From contig JAJYNN010000002.1 of NCBI GenBank assembly GCA_021786315.1, forward strand, positions 270,997 through 334,996: a DNA stretch of 64,000 bases, written 5' to 3'. Below, piece after piece: positions 39,372 through 48,551 of this stretch. This DNA comes from a bacterium. Lineage in GTDB: Bacteria; Patescibacteriota; Microgenomatia; Daviesbacterales; UBA10151. The notes under the pieces were generated by a model that was given only the letters and a program-made list of their open reading frames with translations, was not told where the DNA came from and searched no databases. The first letter of the stretch is position 1, and the number at the start of each line of letters is the position of its first letter. A program made the translations under genes and the position numbers.

Positions 39372-40211
39372 ATGCCTGCCACAAGGAGTAAAGAAAAAAA
39401 ATTCCAAAAAGAAGTTAAACTTGACCAAAAAGCTCAAAGAGCCTTGGCTTATCTTTCCGGAATTCCTCCGACAGAAGAAGAGACACTGACTCAAAATGTA
39501 ACTCTTTCGGAAGAAGAGAATGAGGAGTTTGAACACCTGCTTTCTATCTGGCTAACCCTACAGGAAACCGAGATTAAAGAGATAGGCAAAACTTTATTGG
39601 AGGTAATCCAAAGGTTAAAACTTTCTGCCAAAGGCATCCGCGGAAGGATCGAAAGCCAGGAGTATTTAAGGTTAGTGAGAAAAGCTTTTCGGAATTGGGC
39701 GGCAGCGGAGAGTGAAGAAAGAAGGATTCTGGTAAGAAATTTATTGGTTAATGCTGCCTCCAGATCTACGAGTCCGGATAATATTATATCGATGTTTATC
39801 GACTGGATAGACAACTATTCTGATGAACACTTCCGGGTAATCCGGGAAATTTCCCAAACCCAACCGGAGGGATTAACCAGAAGGGAGATGTGGGAACGGT
39901 TTTATCCCGGAAGGGAAATTCCGGCAGAGGATAGTGCCGAAGCGGATATGTTTAAGATGTTAATTTTGGATTTAACAACTGGGTATGTAATCCGGCAACC
40001 CCGGGAGAAAGATTTTTACGGATATTATGTCAGAGCCAGATCTACCACCAAGGCTGTTGCCGGAACGGAGGCTGTCCAAAGGACTACGGCCTTTGATAAT
40101 AGTAAAAAATACGTTTTAACGGAGCTTGGTAAACAATTTGTGCTTTATACTATGGAAGAGACTGAACCGGAAATGGAAAATACCTCCGAGGAAACCGCGA
40201 TAGACATATGA
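39372..40211 (+). CDS. Hypothetical protein resembling the DUF4393/Abi-alpha family
   Basis: NLLVNAA..FIDWIDNYSDEHFRVI and C-terminal LTELGKQFV. Confidence 0.5.
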   Translation: MPATRSKEKKFQKEVKLDQKAQRALAYLSGIPPTEEETLTQNVTLSEEENEEFEHLLSIWLTLQETEIKEIGKTLLEVIQRLKLSAKGIRGRIESQEYLRLVRKAFRNWAAAESEERRILVRNLLVNAASRSTSPDNIISMFIDWIDNYSDEHFRVIREISQTQPEGLTRREMWERFYPGREIPAEDSAEADMFKMLILDLTTGYVIRQPREKDFYGYYVRARSTTKAVAGTEAVQRTTAFDNSKKYVLTELGKQFVLYTMEETEPEMENTSEETAIDI

Positions 40212-40224
40212 TATTATCTAGTTA

Positions 40225-40689
40225 ATGCCTAAGATTCTTCGTTTAATTTTGGCTGTTTTGCTTTGTGAGGGGGCGGGAATTCTAGGTTCCTTATTTACTA
40301 TTTCTTCAATACCGACCTGGTACGCTACTTTAAATAAACCATTTTTTAGTCCTCCCAACTCTATCTTCGGGCCGGTCTGGACTATCCTTTATCTTTTAAT
40401 GGGTGTTGCCTTGTTTTTAATCTGGGAAAACAAGGGAAGCAAGGGAAGGGCTTTACAGGTTTTCTTTATTCAATTGGGTCTAAACGTGTTATGGTCTCTG
40501 GTTTTCTTTGGCGCTCACCAGCTGCTTTTGTCTTTAATTATCATCGTCGCCTTGTGGTACTTTATTTTCCAAACCATCAAGGCTTTTGCCCGGATAAATA
40601 AAACTGCCTCATATTTGCTTTACCCATATTTGACATGGGTCTCTTTTGCCTTAATTTTGAACTTAGGAATTGTGATTTTAAACCGCTGA
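40225..40689 (+). CDS. tspO: TspO/MBR tryptophan-rich sensory protein
   Basis: WYATLNKPFFSPP, FGPVWTILY, LNVLWS..FF, LLYPYLTW. Confidence 0.93.
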   Translation: MPKILRLILAVLLCEGAGILGSLFTISSIPTWYATLNKPFFSPPNSIFGPVWTILYLLMGVALFLIWENKGSKGRALQVFFIQLGLNVLWSLVFFGAHQLLLSLIIIVALWYFIFQTIKAFARINKTASYLLYPYLTWVSFALILNLGIVILNR

Positions 40690-43050
40690 CTACTTGTATT
40701 TATTCAGGAGACGAAAAGCGATTTCTTTTCTGTTTAAAGTCGGAGGCTTAATGTCTGTCACTGGTTTTTCTTCGTGTCTTTCTTCCTTCTTTTCTTCCCT
40801 TTTTTCCTCCTGTTTAGGTTTGACAGTGGGAGTGGGAACATCAACTACAAAATCGTCAGTGTTAAAAGGCTTTTCTTTACCCACTTTAGTATACCTTTCC
40901 TGGGAAACCTTAATAATCTTCTCCCGGTTTTGGTTTTTGCAGTCAGGTAAAGGCAGGCTTTGGGCCACAAATGGGGAGGAGGTTAGTCCGTCAATGGCCA
41001 TTTTGACAATCATCTGGTAAGTCCCCAAAGAAAGAAGATCAACGTCTTTAAATCTTTCCCCGAACTCCCGGGCTAAAATCGGCGCGTCTTCAGCACCAAT
41101 AATAAAGGACAGCATGGTTCCGGCGTTCCCAAAAATAGCGGACCGGACATGCTCCTCAATTTGGCCAATATATTGGTTAGCCAAAATTAAGTCTAAGCGG
41201 TATTTTCTCGCTTCGGACAAAATTTTGATAAAGCTGGAAGTGGCAAAATTTTGGAACTCATCAACATACATGTAAAAATCCCGGCGCTCCGGTTCGGGAA
41301 TATTGACCCGGTGCATGGCTGCCAGTTGAATTTTGGTGATGATCATGGCTCCCAACAGTGAGGAATTATCCTCTCCGATTTTTCCCTGGGAAAGGTTTAA
41401 GATGACAATCTTTCCCTGATCCATGGCTTCGGCCAGATTAACGGTAGATTTGGGGGAACCAACAATATTGCGGATGACCTGGGAAGAAAGGAACTGGCCT
41501 ACCTTGTTTAAGATTGGCGATATGGCCTCATTCATTTGCTGGGGGGACATCTTTTCAAATTCGTTGACCCAGAAGTTTTTTAGGACCGGATCGGCTAGTT
41601 TATCCACTACTTTTTGACGGAATCTTTTATTTGTCAAAAGCTCAGGAATCATGAGCATAGTAGAATTAGGCACTTCGAGCAGTGTTAAAATCGTATTTCT
41701 TAAAATGTATTCCAGCCTTGGCCCCCATGAGTGGGCATAGAGCTTAATAAAGATGGAAACGATACCGGAGGCCACGAGTTCCTTTTGGGTGGAACTGTCC
41801 ACTTCCAGCGGGTTTAAGTGGAATGGGTGGTCTAAATCGGCAGGGTTTAAGTAAGCGACATCGTTTATCCGGTGTGAAGGAATGTAATCCAAAAGGATTT
41901 CCGATAAATCCCCGTGGGGATCAATAACCGCAATGCCTTCGCCGTTTCGAATGTCGTTTATGGCCATATTGGCAATAAGGGTAGATTTACCGACACCGGT
42001 TTTACCGATGATGTACATGTGCTTGCGGCGGTCAACCTTTCTGATACCAAATGTCGCCGCGGTGTTTTTATACTCTGTTTTACCAAAGAAATTAATTTGC
42101 CCCTTATCCTCGGCGGCGATTCCTTGAGCCACCGGCAGGTTTTCAGGAGGATCAGAAAGAATTGTTTTAGACCAGGAAATATTGCGGATAGATTGCAGTT
42201 TTTCTCCCGGCAAATGGAAAAGGGTAGCCAGTTCCAAAAGATTTAAAATTTGGTTTTGGGGGATGGTCTCACCGGTTCGTCCCAGAATTGCCTTAAGCAT
42301 GGTTTTTTTCTCTAAAAATCCCGGTCCCGCTAAAGCAACACTATTTCCCTGAGGGTTATTGAATCCGGTAAAACAAGCGGCGGTAAGACCTAACAAAGAA
42401 GTATTAGGCCCGGCGGAAAGGATCCTGATCCCGGTTTTAAATCCGGGGTAGGAAATCTTTTCCTGGATAATTTTGGCGTAGGCATTTAAATTAAATGGAT
42501 CCTCGACAGGGGTTCCGTCAGCATTTTTAGAGCCTTTCCGCTCCAAGGCTTGTCGGCCTTTGCTTTGCCATTTATTGCTTTGGGGGATCAGCAAAAATTG
42601 TACCAATACTGTATCTTCCGGCCCAAGCTTGGACATCATCCCCAAAAGGGAAGACATCGGATCAACGTCTTTGAAATCCTTATAAGTCTTTAGGGGGTAA
42701 ACGTTAGGGGATTGAAGCTTGAGTTGCCCGTAAGAATAGGACAGCGGATCTTGAAAGGGAGCCATCATTTGTTCTAATTTAACGGGGGTGACCAAGGCCC
42801 GGGGGTATTGGGAGAGCAATTGGCTCTCGATAAATGATTGGTAGGAGGTGGGGATAACTACATAAAAGTGGATGGTTTGGTTAAAAGCTACAATTTCAAA
42901 ACTTAAAGGAAGCTCGGGAGCGCTTTTCCAAAAAGACCCGGATTTGGGGGCTTTAAGCTGAACAAGACTCCCAAAGAATTGGGCCATGGCCTCTGGGGTT
43001 TCTGTTCCCGTGCGAGGTGTTCTGATCTCGAGGGCAATTTTATTATCCAT
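40690..43050 (-). CDS. VirD4/TraG-like (HerA/FtsK superfamily) ATPase
   Basis: HMYIIGKTGVGKS, VIDPHGD, YVDEFQNF, LSEARKY. Confidence 0.88.
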   Translation of the reverse strand: MDNKIALEIRTPRTGTETPEAMAQFFGSLVQLKAPKSGSFWKSAPELPLSFEIVAFNQTIHFYVVIPTSYQSFIESQLLSQYPRALVTPVKLEQMMAPFQDPLSYSYGQLKLQSPNVYPLKTYKDFKDVDPMSSLLGMMSKLGPEDTVLVQFLLIPQSNKWQSKGRQALERKGSKNADGTPVEDPFNLNAYAKIIQEKISYPGFKTGIRILSAGPNTSLLGLTAACFTGFNNPQGNSVALAGPGFLEKKTMLKAILGRTGETIPQNQILNLLELATLFHLPGEKLQSIRNISWSKTILSDPPENLPVAQGIAAEDKGQINFFGKTEYKNTAATFGIRKVDRRKHMYIIGKTGVGKSTLIANMAINDIRNGEGIAVIDPHGDLSEILLDYIPSHRINDVAYLNPADLDHPFHLNPLEVDSSTQKELVASGIVSIFIKLYAHSWGPRLEYILRNTILTLLEVPNSTMLMIPELLTNKRFRQKVVDKLADPVLKNFWVNEFEKMSPQQMNEAISPILNKVGQFLSSQVIRNIVGSPKSTVNLAEAMDQGKIVILNLSQGKIGEDNSSLLGAMIITKIQLAAMHRVNIPEPERRDFYMYVDEFQNFATSSFIKILSEARKYRLDLILANQYIGQIEEHVRSAIFGNAGTMLSFIIGAEDAPILAREFGERFKDVDLLSLGTYQMIVKMAIDGLTSSPFVAQSLPLPDCKNQNREKIIKVSQERYTKVGKEKPFNTDDFVVDVPTPTVKPKQEEKREEKKEERHEEKPVTDIKPPTLNRKEIAFRLLNKYK

Positions 43051-43215
43051 TGGACAAGCTAAAAATATTATACAATGTTTAAGCTTACAAGCGATAACAT
43101 TTTTCTTGCTAATTCCTTCGTTGACAAATAGCCTCAGTTGGGCTACAATCTTCGGGTAAAGTTTGGGTTTGATATTTAGGTTTGGAAATTTAATTTAGGT
43201 AAGGAGGTGAGTTAA

Positions 43216-43653
43216 TTGGACCCAAAAAAAGAAGAAAAACAAACTCTACCCGAGGCTCCGGCTTCAGTTACTGCCAGGGTTATTTCTGACCAAGGCTTCC
43301 ACTTGTTATTCACTCTTCGGGATACATCTGTCTCCGGATTGATTACAAAATTTCAGGAGTTCCAAAAGTATGTTTTATCGTGCGGCTGGAAACCTGACGG
43401 TAAAACGGAATTTTCCGAAAAAGAGTTGGATAAGCCTAACTGGTCTAACGGGTTAAAGAAGACTACCAATAGATCTTATTTTGCCCAAGAGATTTCAGCC
43501 CCGAAACATAAGGCCATTAAATCTGAACCGGCGACCTGTGCTGTTTGCGGCGCTCCCGCGACAAAAAAATCAGGCACCAGAAAAGATGGCAGTTTATGGG
43601 AAGGAGTTTTTTGCTCAACCGGTGATGAATTACACAAGGTCTGGCTAAGCTAA
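43216..43653 (+). CDS. Hypothetical protein with C-terminal zinc ribbon
   Basis: AGGAGGTGA SD 5 nt before TTG; CAVCG..FCS..H; upstream TTGACA-N17-TACAAT. Confidence 0.7.
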   Translation: MDPKKEEKQTLPEAPASVTARVISDQGFHLLFTLRDTSVSGLITKFQEFQKYVLSCGWKPDGKTEFSEKELDKPNWSNGLKKTTNRSYFAQEISAPKHKAIKSEPATCAVCGAPATKKSGTRKDGSLWEGVFCSTGDELHKVWLS

Positions 43654-43734
43654 CTTTGTGGAGATTCTTACCCCATTTTGACTGGGTTCTTATCTTGCCC
43701 CCTTAAGATGTGAAGGTCTAAAGGGGGTGAGAAT

Positions 43735-44340
43735 ATGGCAAAAACGATTTTCGGTATTTTTAATAACCGGGATGATGCTGAAGAAGCTATCAATAGGTTA
43801 AAGGATCAAGATTACAACCCCAAGGATATGTCCATTGTTATAAGAGATACGGGGGAAGCCCGCGCCATGAGCGAAGACATGGGGGCAAATATCGGCGGGG
43901 GAGCTGTTTCCGGAGCTGCAACCGGAGGGGTTATCGGCGCAATCGCCGGCCTTTTAATCGGAGTGGGAGCAATTGCCGTTCCGGGAATCGGCGCGCTTTT
44001 AATAGGCGGGCCTTTGGCGGTCGCTTTGGGATTGACGGGCGCAGCTGCCACAACGGTTTCCGGCGCCTTGACCGGAGTTCTGGCCGGAGGTTTGGTGGGC
44101 GCATTGGTTAGTTTAGGAATTCCGGAAAATGAGGCCCGGGTTTATGAAGAGAGGGTCAAAAGTGGTGCAATTTTATTGGCCGTTCCGGCTCGGGATGGGG
44201 AAGAAGAGGAGGTTAGAAATATCATGGAAGATACAGGAGCAACTAACGTGAGCACGGTTTCGATGAGCCACGACCATTACGAACATCATCGGGATGAGGA
44301 AGAAAGAAAAAGAGATGATGATGAGGATGATATGGAGTAA
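43735..44340 (+). CDS. General stress protein (YflT/glycine-zipper type)
   Basis: FNNRDDAEEAI, Gly-zipper, LGIPENEARVYEERVKSG. Confidence 0.85.
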   Translation: MAKTIFGIFNNRDDAEEAINRLKDQDYNPKDMSIVIRDTGEARAMSEDMGANIGGGAVSGAATGGVIGAIAGLLIGVGAIAVPGIGALLIGGPLAVALGLTGAAATTVSGALTGVLAGGLVGALVSLGIPENEARVYEERVKSGAILLAVPARDGEEEEVRNIMEDTGATNVSTVSMSHDHYEHHRDEEERKRDDDEDDME

Positions 44341-44399
44341 AGATTTGCCTTGGGGTTGGCAGTTACATTTAACCCCAAGGTTTTAAGGAGGTGTAGCAT

Positions 44400-44555
44400 A
44401 TGGCTAAATATGGACCCAAAACCCAGGAAGAAGTACACAAAGAGTTGCACGAACACAAACATGAGGGTAAATGGAAAAACCGCAAACAAGCAATCGCCGT
44501 AGGTTTATCGGAAGCCCGGGAAAAAGGATATAAAGTTCCCCCAAAAAAGGATTAG
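44400..44555 (+). CDS. Small DUF6496-like protein (not in ORF track)
   Basis: AGGAGGTG SD; MAKYGPK..RKQAIAVGLSEAREKG..VP. Confidence 0.8.
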   Translation: MAKYGPKTQEEVHKELHEHKHEGKWKNRKQAIAVGLSEAREKGYKVPPKKD

Positions 44556-44579
44556 ACTTCCCATGTATAATTATGGGAG

Positions 44580-45047
44580 ATGAAAAAAGTACTACTCTCC
44601 CTAGTAGTTATTTTAGGGTTTGCGTTTTATGCTTTTGGCCAAAAGGACAAGGAAGGCCAGGCTAATGAGGTTGGTGTATTGCCGCTTCCTACCCCAGCTG
44701 ATACAGGTACTCCGATATCTGACCAGAATATTCCTGCTCAGACAAATCCTCCGGCATCCCCGGGAAAATATCGGGATGGTGAATATACGGGTGATTCTGC
44801 TGATGCTTATTACGGAAATGTCCAAGTTAAAGTGGTTATTTCCGGCGGGAAAATTAGCGATGTTCAATTTTTAGATTATCCACGCGATAGGCGGACTTCT
44901 CAGCTGATTAATTCTCAAGCAATGCCGTTTTTAAAGCAGGAGGCAATCCAGGCCCAAAACGCTAATGTCGACATTATCTCCGGTGCTACTGCTACCAGCG
45001 AGGCTTTCAGGCAGTCTTTGCAGTCGGCGTTATCAAAGGCAATTTAA
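44580..45047 (+). CDS. Extracytoplasmic FMN-binding (flavinylation substrate) protein
   Basis: YRDGEYTG and VDIISGATATS flavinylation motif. Confidence 0.9.
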   Translation: MKKVLLSLVVILGFAFYAFGQKDKEGQANEVGVLPLPTPADTGTPISDQNIPAQTNPPASPGKYRDGEYTGDSADAYYGNVQVKVVISGGKISDVQFLDYPRDRRTSQLINSQAMPFLKQEAIQAQNANVDIISGATATSEAFRQSLQSALSKAI

Positions 45048-45048
45048 A

Positions 45049-45789
45049 ATGAAACAGACCCGGATAATGTGGGATATGCCGATTACGGTAGAGGTTGTTG
45101 ATCCGCAAGCTGCGGAAAAAGATATTGATAAAGTTTTTTTATATTTTGAGGTTGTTGATAAAAAATTCAGCACTTTTAGAAAAGATAGCGAAATAAGCCT
45201 GATTAATGATAAAAGATTAATGATTGATGAAAGCAGCAAAGACATGCAAACTATTTTTAAATTAGCTGGACAAACGAAAAGAGAGACAAACGGATATTTT
45301 GATATTCGGCGGGCTAACAAATATGACCCCTTGGGGTTGGTCAAGGGTTGGGCAATTTTGAATGCGGCCCGGATTTTAGATGAATCAGGTTTTAAAAATT
45401 ATTTTATAGAAGCGGGTGGCGATATTCAGGTTTCCGGAAAAAATAACCAGGGAGAAAGTTGGAAAGTGGGGATCAGAAACCCGTTTAATACGGAACAAAT
45501 TGTCAAGGTTGTCCGGCTTTCTCATGAAGGGATTGCCACATCAGGCACTTATTTGCGGGGAAAACATATTTATAATCCTAAAAATCAATTCAAACCAGCT
45601 GATGAGATTGCCAGTATGACTGTAATTGGACCAAATATTTATGAAGCAGACAGGTTTGCAACGGCTACCTTTGTAATAGGGAAAGAGGGCATTAATTTTA
45701 TTGAAGCACAGCTAAATTTAGAAGGATATATGATTGATAAGGAGGGAGTTGCCACAATGACCTCTGGTTTTGATAAATACGCCGTATGA
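45049..45789 (+). CDS. apbE: FAD:protein FMN transferase
   Basis: DPLGLVKGW, EAGGD, IATSGTYLRGKHIYNP, AD; start ATG 45049. Confidence 0.92.
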   Translation: MKQTRIMWDMPITVEVVDPQAAEKDIDKVFLYFEVVDKKFSTFRKDSEISLINDKRLMIDESSKDMQTIFKLAGQTKRETNGYFDIRRANKYDPLGLVKGWAILNAARILDESGFKNYFIEAGGDIQVSGKNNQGESWKVGIRNPFNTEQIVKVVRLSHEGIATSGTYLRGKHIYNPKNQFKPADEIASMTVIGPNIYEADRFATATFVIGKEGINFIEAQLNLEGYMIDKEGVATMTSGFDKYAV

Positions 45790-47297
45790 ATTTTATCGAT
45801 AACTTTTTGAATAACATTACCATGTATCGATTGGTGCTTTATGTATTAATCGGTTTGCTGGTGATAGCAGCTTTCTTCGGATTGTTAGGGCTTTTACCTT
45901 ATTCACCTTGGGCAATTATTTTCTCGGCAGCTATTTTGGTCCTTGTTTCCTGGATCGTAAATTATATTTTTGCCAAGGTTTATGAGGTTCCGGCTAATGC
46001 GGAATCTTTCTTTATTTCAGCGCTAATCTTGGCATTAATTTTATCCCCGGCTAATAAATTTTCAGATTTGCCGTTTTTAATTTGGGCAGCTGTTTTAACT
46101 ATGGCCTCAAAATACATTATAAATATCAGGGGAAAACATATTTTTAACCCTGTGGCTTTGGCTGTGACTTTAACCTCTTATGCTGCGGGGCAGTCGGCAA
46201 CTTGGTGGGTAGGAAACATTCCTATGTTGCCATTTGTTGTAATTGGGGGGTTATTGATTATTCGAAAAATCAAAAGATTTAACTTCATCGTCACTTTTCT
46301 AATAGTGTCAATTTTGGCAATAGGCATTTTGAGTTTATTGGCAGGTAACGATCCCGCGTCTACCATTAAAAAAACTATTATTTATTCGCCCTGGTTTTTC
46401 TTTGCCTCAGTAATGCTTACTGAGCCGTTAACAACTCCACCCCGGAAATTACAACAGATGATCTATGCCGGGATAACGGGTTTCCTGTTTGCTCCGCAGG
46501 TGCATTTTGGGTCGCTGTATACTACGCCGGAGCTGGCACTTTTGATTGGCAATATCTATTCATATCTGGCAAGCCCCAAAGAAAAGCTATTACTCAAATT
46601 AAAACAGGCCTTAAAGATCGGGCCGGATATCTATGATTTTATTTTTTCCGGGCCGCGGACTCATTATTTGCCTGGTCAATACATGGAATGGACTTTGGGT
46701 TACGGGAATGCAGATTCAAGAGGGAACAGAAGATACTTTACTTTGGCTTCATCGCCGACAGAAGAAGATTTGCGGATTGGAGTGAAGTTTGCTGAAAAAT
46801 CAAGCACCTTTAAAAAGTCTATGTTAGAACTTACTTCCCAAAGCCCGGTTGTGGCAGCAGGATTGGCAGGGGATTTTATTTTGCCCCATGACCCAAATAA
46901 AAAATTGGCTTTTGTTGCCGGGGGAATCGGTATTACGCCTTTTCGGAGTATGCTTAAATATTTAATTGACACCCATCAAAAGAGGGACATAGTTCTTTTT
47001 TATTCGGCAAGAAAACAAGAGGATTTGGTTTATGGGGATGTAATTAACCAGGCGGTTAGGGAATTAGGTCTTAAGGTCGTAGTAACCCTTACCGATACTG
47101 AGCAAGTTTCTTCTGGGTGGGCTGGAAGAACAGGGTATCTTAATGAGCAAATGATTGTAGAGACGACGCCCGATTATAAAGAAAGAACATTTTATATCTC
47201 CGGGCCGCAAGCTTTAGTTTTCTCAGTGAAATCTGTTTTGAAACATACAGGACTAAAAGAGAAACAAATTATTACTGATTATTTCCCCGGATTTTAA
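45786..47297 (+). CDS. RnfD/NqrB-like membrane domain fused to FNR-type NAD(P)/FAD-binding oxidoreductase
   Basis: KHIFNP, MLTEPLTTP; PGQY, RRYFTLASS, AGGIGITPF, YISGP. Confidence 0.88.
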   Translation: MNFIDNFLNNITMYRLVLYVLIGLLVIAAFFGLLGLLPYSPWAIIFSAAILVLVSWIVNYIFAKVYEVPANAESFFISALILALILSPANKFSDLPFLIWAAVLTMASKYIINIRGKHIFNPVALAVTLTSYAAGQSATWWVGNIPMLPFVVIGGLLIIRKIKRFNFIVTFLIVSILAIGILSLLAGNDPASTIKKTIIYSPWFFFASVMLTEPLTTPPRKLQQMIYAGITGFLFAPQVHFGSLYTTPELALLIGNIYSYLASPKEKLLLKLKQALKIGPDIYDFIFSGPRTHYLPGQYMEWTLGYGNADSRGNRRYFTLASSPTEEDLRIGVKFAEKSSTFKKSMLELTSQSPVVAAGLAGDFILPHDPNKKLAFVAGGIGITPFRSMLKYLIDTHQKRDIVLFYSARKQEDLVYGDVINQAVRELGLKVVVTLTDTEQVSSGWAGRTGYLNEQMIVETTPDYKERTFYISGPQALVFSVKSVLKHTGLKEKQIITDYFPGF

Positions 47298-47339
47298 GGC
47301 CAGTTGACATTTGTCCACAGGATGTTTAATATACAAAAC

Positions 47340-47362
47340 ATCTACTATGTGCAATAGTAGAT
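47340..47362. promoter_or_regulatory. BlaI/CopY-type operator
   Basis: Perfect palindrome ATCTACTAT-N5-ATAGTAGAT between a TTGACA promoter and the regulator start. Confidence 0.75.
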
Positions 47363-47368
47363 TTATAC

Positions 47369-48094
47369 ATGACTAACCCCCGAAAGAAAAATAATATTCC
47401 ATTATTCCGCGTTGAAAATACATTAGGTTTTTTGGAACTTGAGGTGATGAGAATCATCTGGCATCACAAAGTTACAACGGTTAGGGAAGTGGTTGAGCTC
47501 TTAAACCAAAGAAGACCGATTGCCTATACCACGGTGATGACTGTGATGGATAATTTATATAAAAAGGGATTCCTTACCAGAAAAAAGGTAGAAAAATCAT
47601 ACCACTACTGCCCGGCATTTTTAGAGAAGCACCTCATTCAAGCCACGCTCCGTTTAATCTTCAAAGATTTAGCGTCCCGTTATGGGAAAAGAAAGATTTT
47701 TATGTCTGCTGTCGGAAGCAACTTACCGGAGATGCCTAAAGAAGTAGTTTTGCCTGTTCCGGCAAAAGTTGTGAGAAATTATAAAGCTCCGGTTATTTCC
47801 GGTATTTCTTTAACCCTATTATTTGCCATGCTGTCTTTTTCAGTCTTTGATTTAATGCAAAGTTCACACTCTTCGGGAACCTTGGACTATATAAATTTGT
47901 CAGCTTCTGAACCGTCACTATTTTTAAGCCGGATCCATCTTTTCCTCCTGGCTATTTGGGAAAGTTTGCCGATAGCTAACTTGTCTTTCACCACAATCCT
48001 GATGGCATTGTTTATAATACTGGGAAGAAAAATGTGGCAGCTTTTGAGAATCAACAGAATCCCCTTTAGTTTCTTGGGAGGAATAACCGGATGA
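47369..48094 (+). CDS. BlaI/MecI/CopY-family regulator with C-terminal TM helices
   Basis: LGFLELEVMRIIW, AYTTVMTVMDNLYKKG. Confidence 0.85.
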   Translation: MTNPRKKNNIPLFRVENTLGFLELEVMRIIWHHKVTTVREVVELLNQRRPIAYTTVMTVMDNLYKKGFLTRKKVEKSYHYCPAFLEKHLIQATLRLIFKDLASRYGKRKIFMSAVGSNLPEMPKEVVLPVPAKVVRNYKAPVISGISLTLLFAMLSFSVFDLMQSSHSSGTLDYINLSASEPSLFLSRIHLFLLAIWESLPIANLSFTTILMALFIILGRKMWQLLRINRIPFSFLGGITG

Positions 48095-48546
48095 AAGATA
48101 GAAAAGTTGTTTTAACAGGAGTCGGTATTGGTGTAGGCATCGCCATAGTTTTATTATTGGTTTTTATGGCCGGTGTTTTTTGGGGAGCTCATGGTTTGCG
48201 GTATTCTCCTTTTGGCAGACGGCAAATGATGTCTAGGGGTTTTGTAGCTAATCGTTTAGGTCACGGAGTAGTGGGCACTATCGATTCTCTGGGAAACAAC
48301 ACTTTGGTGGTCAAAGACCGTAATGGCCAGTTAGATACTGTCACAGTTAACAATGACACCGTTATTAGACAGGGCACGGCTCCTATTAAGTTTCCTGATT
48401 TAAAAAAGGATGAAAATGTAATTGTGATTGGGGAGCCACAGAATCAGGAAGGTGCTACTTTGGCTCGGGTTATCAGAGTTATTGAACCTGCTGCTCAAAA
48501 TGCCACTGGGTCAGGCATATTTATCAGGCGAATGGAAGGAATATAA
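48091..48546 (+). CDS. Membrane-anchored OB-fold (DUF5666-like) protein
   Basis: TM; GTIDSLG..DLKKDENVIVIG..A..I. Confidence 0.65.
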   Translation: MKDRKVVLTGVGIGVGIAIVLLLVFMAGVFWGAHGLRYSPFGRRQMMSRGFVANRLGHGVVGTIDSLGNNTLVVKDRNGQLDTVTVNNDTVIRQGTAPIKFPDLKKDENVIVIGEPQNQEGATLARVIRVIEPAAQNATGSGIFIRRMEGI

Positions 48547-48551
48547 GATAA

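Noticed and set aside
40690-43050. Conjugative element around the VirD4-like ATPase
   Set aside because: No relaxase, VirB genes or integrase nearby; such stand-alone ATPases are common chromosomal genes in CPR.
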